DNA of 64,000 nucleotides, taken from NCBI RefSeq assembly GCF_006345805.1, contig NC_043004.1, positions 85,002,001 through 85,066,000 of the forward strand, in the 5' to 3' direction. How positions within the stretch are numbered: position 1 is the stretch's first letter; each line of letters starts with the position of its first letter. The position numbers and the translations under genes were made by a program. This document shows, one piece after another, positions 54,701 through 64,000 of this stretch. Source of the DNA: Octopus sinensis (lineage: Eukaryota). The notes below the pieces were generated by a model. That model saw only the letters and a list, made by a program, of their open reading frames with translations. It had not been told where the DNA came from and ran no database searches.

Positions 54701-55757
54701 ACGACTATATATATACTTTATTTTGAAGCAGCAGGATTATAACTAAACCATTACTCAGAGTTTCACGCGTTCCGTTCGACGGACAGTTTGGTTAAAATGG
54801 ACCAGAAATAACAATATAAACAAAACCAGTTAAAATATACAACTTAAAAAAATGGATTTGTTTCATTCGTCCTGTCAATTAACGGTCTTAAGCATGCAAT
54901 GAACAAAATAAAAAGTCGAAGAAAACCTTAAATCGAAGACTAGTTTCAAATTACACATTGTAAATAATTATATGCGAAATATAAGTCAATTATTCCATTA
55001 AAATGTTCACGCTGCATTACATAAATATTTTACAGCTATACCCATACTAGACCATCTATAATATACATATATACATCAAAATACACAGATGTAATCACAT
55101 AGCTGCATACATATACAGGCATGAGTATGTAAACGTAAAAAGTAGCTTAAGAAAGATGGAAGTGAGGGGGATGGAGAAGCGGAACGTATTGTTTATGGAC
55201 GCTATCAAATTAAGGAATAGGGTCGGAATGGATACTTTGCGTAAGAAAAAAAAAAGAAAGTGTGGTGACGGTATATGTGAAAGTAATGTACACATACATG
55301 AAAATTACATTAATATATGTATATATAAGTATATATTAGCATACAAATACACGTATAAGATCTCGTATTCAAATATATGGCAATATGCACGGAAATACTC
55401 ATCCACACAAATATAAGTGTATACATGCATACGTATACGTCCATGTACGTAAGAGCATAAGGAGAAACGTACACGCTTACTCGCACATATAAACAGGCGC
55501 ACACATACAAATACATATACATGCCTACAATACACACATCGAAATAAAACATAAAAATATATCTAGCTGTTTATATATATATATATATATATATTCAAAC
55601 AAATTTTTAAAGAAAATGCTAGGCTATTTTGATAAAAATAGGATAACACACATGCAAAATAGCAACCATATATCGAATTATTAAAATTAAATAGAAATAA
55701 ATTAAGTCTTGAAATGATACGATATATATATATATATATTATATATTATATAATATA

Positions 55758-55810
<53 letters not shown>

Positions 55811-55815
<5 letters not shown>

Positions 55816-56244
55816 AAACAAGTCAAAAATAGAAAATGCTAAAATAATTTTATAGTGAACATTTCAGTACCGGTTTTCTGTCATTTGAGACCTTTTCAAC
55901 TGTAACGATTAAATAATTAAATTTAGAAAAATTAGAAGAAAGTTTTTTTAAAGGAATATTTCTATAGTAGTGTTCAGATATAAGTGGCATTCTCTTTCTC
56001 TGACCCTTGTTTGCACTTGTGTGTTCGAGGTACACAAGTGCAACAAGGGAGTCAGAGAAAGGCAGATGCCACTTAAATCTGAACACACTATAGAAATATT
56101 CTTTTAAAAAAACTTTTCTTCTAATTTTTCTAAATTTAATTATTTAATCGTTAGAGTTGAAAAGGTCTCAAAATGACCGAAACCGGTACTGAAATGTTCA
56201 CTATAAAATTATTTTACCATTTTCTATTTTTTACTGTTTTTTCA
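55811..56244. mobile_element. TA-flanked fold-back MITE, ~210-bp arms
   Basis: TGAAAAAAC...CACTTGTGT-loop-ACACAAGTG...GTTTTTTCA; a dispersed fragment lies at 11075. Confidence 0.85.
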
Positions 56245-56418
56245 TATATATCAACTGTGTGTTCTTTTCACCCTTATACATATATATATATATATATATA
56301 TAATATAGATATATATATATATATATAGAGATATAGAGAGAGAGAGAGAGAGAGATAATAGAGATAAGGGTATACTTGTTTTCAACGTGTAGTGATAGAT
56401 TTCCAATTACCATAGTAT

Positions 56419-56656
56419 TTTAGCCCTAAGAGATCATCGGACGCTTCCTGTGGCTTTGAAGTACACATTTCTGTGTCCTTATATTTGTGAAGGGGAGGCA
56501 ACCAACCCAACTAGCCAAGATTCACACCTGAGGACATGCATGTTTCTCAGGTGTGAATCTTTGCTGGTAGGGGTGCTTGCCTCCCCTTCACAAATGTAAG
56601 GACACAGAAAATGTGTCAAAGCCGACAAGAAGCGTTCGATGCTGCCTAGGGCTAAA
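56419..56656. repeat. GC-richer imperfect hairpin, ~115-bp arms
   Basis: AAGATTCACACCTGAG/CTCAGGTGTGAATCTT core; TTTGTGAAGGGGAGGCAA/TTGCCTCCCCTTCACAAA. Confidence 0.85.
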
Positions 56657-56779
56657 CAGTGGTGGGTTAATTCCCATACGGGACTGCCACGTTAAGTTGA
56701 CTCTATACAACCACTCTATTGCCCAACCACCGCTCATGTCTTTGAGACATTTAGAAATTGAATATTTCTGATACATATA

Positions 56780-56814
<35 letters not shown>

Positions 56815-57209
56815 CTAGCAGTATCGCCCGGTGTTGCTAGGGTTTGTAAGGGAAATATCTATATAATCATTTTAGAGAGTTATAGCCAAAAATAGCAAGA
56901 CAATGCATTAAGATGGAAAAAAAATGATGGTAATTTTCTTTTAAATCGTTGACTCGTCGTAGACATTTTTAGAGAGTTACTTCCCTTATATAATAGCGAG
57001 AAAATGCATTAAAATGGAAAAAAATGATGGTAATTTTTTTTTTAATCGTAGACTCATCGTAGACGCGCGCTAATACCCAGAAAGGCTTGATATGAATCAC
57101 GACTATAAGATACCCGGTTTTGGTTAAACTGCACCGCAGAATGTGGGGGTAGTTAGGAATCTAAATCGTAGGAGACAGACACACAACTTCACTTTTATAT
57201 ATATAAAGA
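56815..57209 (-). mobile_element. Complete non-autonomous Helitron
   Basis: Minus strand 5' TC(TTTATATATATAAAAG) and 3' GC-rich CCCTAGCAACACCGGGCG followed by CTAG; inserted between A and T with no TSD; internal ~62-bp repeat at ~56902 and ~57003. Confidence 0.8.
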
Positions 57210-57475
57210 TATGTATATATTGTTATATTTCGGAATGGCCATTTTGCCAGTTTAGCCAATAAAAACACACGCACTATATATTTGGTGTTACTTTGCTTCA
57301 GTGTTATTTATTTTTTACATTAATCTTAATCTTACTTCGGCCAGTGTTCTTTCGTCACACTCCTGTGACCGCATCAGTGGTCCTTTGTTTTCTTCTCACT
57401 TATTTGTGTCTCTCCTTATATATGTTTTCAACACACGACTTCACATAAAAAAATCTTGCACAACAAATATTTTAA

Positions 57476-57535
<60 letters not shown>

Positions 57536-58180
57536 CTGTCCGTGATATGTAAATTTCAACAGGAGTTCTTATTTCTTCATCACAAATGGAAAGTGTGGAG
57601 ACGTAGATTCCATGCGCTGCTCATTCAAATGTGTCTTTTGGTGTGAATGAATATTTGAGAATATAGGAAAACGAGAGAAAAGAAGGAAAAAAGAGGAAGA
57701 GAAAATGAAAACATAAAGAGAATTTTTTTTAATGTAAGAAAGTGAAAAGGTGTGTTAGTTGGTGGTCACGATATTATGAGTGGGGATGATAGAAGAGTAG
57801 GAGAGGTGTAGGAAGTGTTAAGAATGTAAATAATGAATACATGTGAGGTGCCTGAGGTGGAGTGAAATATTAAAATGGCATTAAGAGATGGGTACAGAAA
57901 AAGCAATAGGAGGGTCGGTACTAAACGGAATGGAAGAATACTGAGAATGGTCAAGTTTCTAAGAATAGATATATGTGTTAATTCTACTGGTTAATGTGAT
58001 AGTGTGAGTAGAGGAATCAGAGAGAAAGAAAGAAGTGTATTGGATACATGCACGCACACATGTACACATAAACACACACATACATATATATACATATATA
58101 TATATAATATATAAATGTGTGTATGCATGATTATACAGGCCTGTGTACTTGTGTATTTAAACCCGTATGCATGTAGGAAC

Positions 58181-58217
<37 letters not shown>

Positions 58218-59135
58218 TACACACACATATACATTCGATCAATACATGCATATGTTAATAACTGTGTGTTACATACGCATACAAAAACGATATACATATA
58301 TATATTATACACGCAGACATACTTATGTTAATGCGCATACATTTGAGAATTATGCTGAGAATAGTACACACATATTCCCAAGACAATGGAAAATTTCTTC
58401 TGTTAGTGTAATAGGTTAATATATTTTATTATATTTCCCTTTAATATGTTCATTCTTGTTTATACAACAAGAACCCAATCATACAGAAGTATATCGGTGA
58501 GCATGTATGTATGTGTTTGCGACTGGAATATATAAGTATTCCCTATCGGTTCTCCTAAGTTCTATGCATGTTATTTGTCATTTGAGCGTATTAGATCGAT
58601 GAAGCGCGATTCCGTTCTCTGTCGTACGCATACCTTACGCACCTGATATATTTTTCGCAATCCCGAGCAATGATTCTGATTCGACGAAGCGGACGATAAT
58701 GTAACTTATACGAACAGTTGCTTGCTTGCTTCATATTTTTTTCTTCGTCTTCTTTCTAGCGACAATAATATTTAGCTTAAATCAAGCGGATATTCTATAA
58801 CATTCAATATACAGTGATTTTTGGCGTTTTTCAAATATATGTGTTCGTGTGTTTGTAGGTGAGAATGCGTGTGTGTCTCTGGGTTTAAGTGCGTGTAAGA
58901 GTTTGTGTGTTTTCTGAGTATGTGTGCATGCGTGTTTGGAGGTTTAGATGCGATCAAGAATGATGGACACTTGGCCTGTTTTACATACCATCCACTCACA
59001 CATTTATACACATATTCGTTTATATAAGATATCATAAAAGGACATACTGGCGTAAATTTGTGTACGCATGTACACATATACTTATATTTATGTATATATA
59101 TACGAAAGACGTGCACTCAAATAATATATATATAC

Positions 59136-59176
<41 letters not shown>

Positions 59177-59247
59177 CTTATATATATAAATAGATAAATG
59201 AAGACATATTATTATGCACATAACCAGATGTTTGTATATACTTGTGT

Positions 59248-59289
<42 letters not shown>

Positions 59290-59944
59290 TTGCTATTGCG
59301 TTTGTGCTCATATACTTCTAGAAGTGAAATATAAACAATCTCCATGAAACGTTTATATTTTCTTAAAAATATCAAGACGAAACAGCTGTCTTAAATTTTA
59401 AGCAAATACCGCTATTATAAAATGCACTTCACACTAGACTCAAAAACAAGGCGATATACTTAAATTTATATGTGTACATATGGAAATAACACAACCATCC
59501 ACATTACATTACTCTAAAACCTCCACACGCATAATGATTACGTGAATTTTGTCAGTATGTAAGTGTTTATTCTCAAAATTTTGTTGGTTAAGTTTGCTAT
59601 ATAGAGCAAGATTGGGTACGGTTTAAACCACACTCTTGATGGGACACCTCACATGACTGCTGTTTCCATCTAGTATGTATCATATAACGGACCCTATATC
59701 AATAAAATATTGGCTGAAAAAATCTTTCATGATATCGTTTTCGAGAATGGAGGACCAGTTTATGCAAGCTAAGAATTTATAGGTTTTCATTACAATAGGA
59801 ATCTTATATCATAGCAAAGACACAATAGAAATGATGTAAAAATACAAACGACTAATGTAGCAGGCAGTCAAATTATTTCTTCTGATCTAAAAGATATTTG
59901 AAGTGGAGATTAGTATAAAAAGAAATACTCCTCTTCGTATGCTG

Positions 59945-60080
59945 GCTTCAAATTTTGTCACAAGGGCAGCTAGTTCGCGGTAGGTGATAAGTTGGCAACA
60001 ACGAATACAGTGTTTAACTGGTATTTATTTTATGAACTAGGAAAATATGAAAGTCGACCTTGGAGCGCAATTCTTCTAAC
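59945..60080 (-). mobile_element. Old SINE-B fragment
   Basis: TAACTGGTATTTATTTTAT...GAAAGTCGACCTTGG. Confidence 0.55.
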
Positions 60081-61489
60081 TCACCACCTTATATCATTCT
60101 GCATGTATTTACAGCATAACATCAACGTTTGTTTCAAGCGGCACTTCTTTCCGACTAGACAAGTCGTAGAATAGCTTATTATGTTTGTACTCACCACTAC
60201 TCATTGCTGAACAATCACCTGCGCCTCTAATGGCCGGTCGCGAATATCAATGTGCTCGTTGTATTTAGTCAGGACCATTTTTTTAAATTTATTTGTTGAG
60301 TTTCCAGCAGTGGAGATGCTGTAAACTAATTTATCGTTAAATCATCTTCTAGCACTGCTTTATTATATCAGCGTGTTCCATATTGGCGCATTTGTTTCAG
60401 ATTCTAAGAAATTACTGTTTAGATGTTAGCAATGTTCATATAAGATCTGGACTGTTAACATGCATCTGTAGTTTAAATTTTGGTTTGTTTTCCCATAACT
60501 AATAGAGCAAATTGAATGAATACCAAAATTTTCGATAATATTTGTAAATATATTCTCGATTCTGTTGGCATGCCTTCATTTGCAATTGTATCATCGTTTA
60601 ATATATTTTTGCTATAAGAGGGTTATTTCCCTTCTATGCAGGAGTAAAATTCGAGAAGCTTTCAAAATTTAACAGAAGGTCAGTTGGTGATTTTTAATAC
60701 TAAATCTTTTTTCACTTCATTCTTGAATACTCTCTTCAGAACCGAAACTCAATGGCGGTTTTATTCTTTTTAATCTGCGAAGCTTTAATACTCATATAGC
60801 TGAAATATTTGCTATGACATTGCGCTGTCTGGATCCAACGCTAAATATATGTCTAACTGCTTTCGTACTACAAAATTTATTTATTAATTTTATGATTGTT
60901 ATATATTTGCGGATTAGTTTTTTCCAGCAGAAATCACAATATATTCGACGGCTAAATTACTCGTTTAAAGATAATATTTGGAATTGGTTTCATCTAGTAT
61001 AAAAACTGACATATTGCTCCCAAAATAAGAGTCAACGCGTTAAAATATGAGAGAGTTATTAGATATTTACTGAATAATCGCCTTAGAAAAGAGAAGTGAT
61101 TTTCGACATTGTAATCATAGATAACGATGGAAATGGTTAATTAAAGAAGATATAGTTTGAATTCTGTTTCGGAATGTATGTGTATAAGCTTTGGGCTCTT
61201 GGAAAGTAAACAAAATGCAAGTGTATATGTAGTATGCACATTTTAGTTGATAATATAATTGAAACTTGGCATGGCGGACAAAATTAAGATGAAAGAAAAT
61301 GAACACAAAGCAGCAGACAATGATAACATCTCAATGTGTGAAAAAGGGGAAAAGAAAGAGATGAAAACCCTTTCCAATTTCATTCCTATTTCCTCTGTAC
61401 AAATTATTTTATATGATTCTTTTCATTTAATTATGAGCGTAACTACTCATTAAAAATATTGTGTTGTCTCTGGTGATAATATTTATGAA

Positions 61490-61630
61490 GTCTCCTCGCT
61501 GAGGTTGACTTTCCCTTTTATCATTTCGGGATCGATAAATTAAGTACCAGTCGCGTACTGGGAGTCGATCTAATCGACTCATCACCTCCTCCCAAAACTT
61601 CGGGCCTTCTGCCTAGAGTAGAAAAGATTA
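61490..61630 (+). mobile_element. SINE-B 3' part
   Basis: GAGGTTGACTTT...GATAAATTAAGTACCAGT...GTCGATCTAATCGACT. Confidence 0.75.
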
Positions 61631-61649
61631 ATTATCAGTTCTTACTTAT

Positions 61650-62052
61650 ATATTCATTTATTTCTTTACTTCTTTCAGATATTTGACTGCGGCCATGTTG
61701 GAGCACCGCCTTGAAGATTTTTTTTTTTAATCGAGGATAACGAGCAGAAGACTTATATTTCAAGCTTAGTACGTTTTTCAGCGGTTCGGCAAAAAAATCG
61801 ATACTTTGCGGGGACGTAAACACACCAACACCGGTTGTCAAGCAATGATGTGGGGGACAAAGACACAAAGACACACATAGAAATATATACATATATATGA
61901 TGGTCTTCTGTTAGGATTCAGTTTACCAAAGTCACACACAACACTTTGGCTGGCCCGAGGCTATAGTAGAAGACTTTTGGCGAACGTGCTACGCAGTGGG
62001 ACTTTACTCAGAACCATGTGGGGAAGCAATTATCTTACCACACGGTCACGCC
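61650..62052 (-). mobile_element. SINE family A (diverged)
   Basis: Tail, core and head motifs. Confidence 0.8.
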
Positions 62053-62524
62053 GCAAAGATCGGTAAAATATAACTAATGCGTTTATAACATTACAGTTTT
62101 TAAAATATCTTCCATCATTCAAGTATTTGACGTAGAAAAAAATGCAGCTATCAGTCCACTTCAATGGAAATTACTATCTCAACCACGATATTATATGGCA
62201 TTGTCGAATGCTTACTTCATCTTACGAGCTCTAATTGCAAAATTTCTTGGAGAAATCGCATGATTTCCGTTTACCCCACAATATTTCATCGAGTTTGGAG
62301 AGAATTTTTGTACATTTGACAGCAAGCTACGATATGACTATAGCCATATAGAATTCGTTTTATCTATTTTTTTTTACCACAGATATTTTCTTTGTCATTT
62401 GAGTACCGATATGCTACGTTCGCGTTTCAATATATATATATATATAATAATATCAACCGGTAATCAGAAATATTAGAAATTTCCATTAGCAGTGGCCTAG
62501 CGTGTAAAAATTTATTCAATAGAC

Positions 62525-62725
62525 TATTTAGTTGTTTCAGTCATTTTGACTGCGGCCATGCTTGAGCGCCTCATTTAGTTGACCAAATAGACCCCAAGAC
62601 TTATTGTTTGTAAGCCTAGTACTTATTCTATTGATCTCTTTTGCCGAACCGCTAAGTTATAGGGACGTAAACACACCACCATCGGTTGTCAAGTGATATT
62701 GGGGGACAAACACATGCACACAAAC

Positions 62726-62758
<33 letters not shown>

Positions 62759-62981
62759 TAATATATATATAATATAATATATATCTATATATATATATGT
62801 ATATATATATACGACGGGCTACTTTCAGTTTCGTCTACCAAATCCACAAATCCACTCACAAGGTTTTGGTCGGCTCGAGGCTATAGTACAAGACACTTGC
62901 CCAAGGTGCCACGTTGTGGGAATGAACCCAGAACCATGTAGTTTGTAAGCAAGCTACTTACCACAGAGCCACTCCTGCGCC
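62525..62981 (-). mobile_element. SINE family A, full length
   Basis: Tail, (TA)n core and head ending CCTGCGCC. Confidence 0.9.
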
Positions 62982-63415
62982 TATATATTATTCACATAAA
63001 TACAGTGTATATTTAAACAAATAAATGGCAACCATCACAGGAATCATTTCACGCGAGAGAGAACAGTTAAATTTCAAACCTTCGAAATTGTATCCCTAAT
63101 AGTAGTTTTCAATTTAACATTGTTCTCTCCAGCGTGCAAGGAGTCGTATGATGGATGCCACTTATGTATTTAAATGTACACTGTATTTATGTATATATAT
63201 ATACATAGTCATCTCGGAAACAAACTTATCTTTATGTATGGAAATGGAAGAAAAGCGTTACTTTTACATCCCACTCTCAGATTCAGCACAAAGATATCAA
63301 TGATAAATGATTTGGGTGGTATAAATATCATATATTGCATGAGGGATTTTCTTCGAATTTGTGGTACAAGACATATAACGGGAATGTCCTGCAGCACATG
63401 AGTATTTTTTTCGAG

Positions 63416-63481
<66 letters not shown>

Positions 63482-64000
63482 AGGGTGTATGTGTGTGTAT
63501 AAATAGATAGATAATGTCTATACATAAATATGCAATAGACTGAACAAATATATTATATATATATACATATATATATATATATAATATATATATATATTGT
63601 ACATTAGTTTTCAAATTTACACATGGATTTATTATCATCTTCTAATTGAGTAAGAATCTTAGTAAATGTTATCTCTGTTACTTACAAAAAAAAACTTCAA
63701 TATATAACTAAATGTTTAAATTTAATTATAACGAAAGTACATTTCATGTTTCAAATTTCATTGATTTTTACACAAAAAATTGTTTGAAAAGCTTAATGAA
63801 GCATCGTTAGACTTTACCTAATGAGATCAACATTAAAGATTTTGAAGCACATTTATATATTTATTTATATACATATCTTATTGTAATGTCCCATATTCGA
63901 TAGCTATGTTTCATACATGAGTACACATTGGCTACTAAATATACACTCGTGACACAAGTACACATATTTTGGTATAGGTATGTAGGTGTATATATGTATG

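Noticed and set aside
59674-59772. Acceptor-like site followed by YVSYNGPYINKILAEKIFHDIVFENGGPVYAS*
   Set aside because: A second frame is equally open and I recognise no homolog; consistent with chance.
61272-61453. MADKIKMKENEHKAAD... with a Kozak-like GGCATGG
   Set aside because: Purine-rich low complexity, no convincing donor, no homolog recognised.

Overview
AT-rich eukaryotic DNA dominated by (TA)n, (CA/TG)n, (GATA)n, (GA)n and (TAA)n microsatellites and short interspersed repeats. The repeat families look like those of an octopod cephalopod (inference from recalled motifs, not a database search). I recognise no host protein-coding gene, rRNA, true tRNA or CRISPR array, and most ORFs in the track are microsatellite read-through. 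The window reads as intergenic DNA or a large intron. It holds at least four tRNA-derived SINE families, decayed non-LTR fragments (R4/Dong-like, CR1-like, RTE-like), mariner remnants, one complete non-autonomous Helitron, Penelope-like terminal repeats and several long fold-back elements. The most interesting signals are: (1) hammerhead-ribozyme-like motifs, one with intact core, stem I and palindromic stem III at 23860-23950; (2) a SINE/CR1-LINE shared 3' stem-loop with compensatory changes; (3) four long inverted repeats clustered at 50.8-56.7 kb; (4) templated fold-back junctions at 39835-39881 and 27674-27750.
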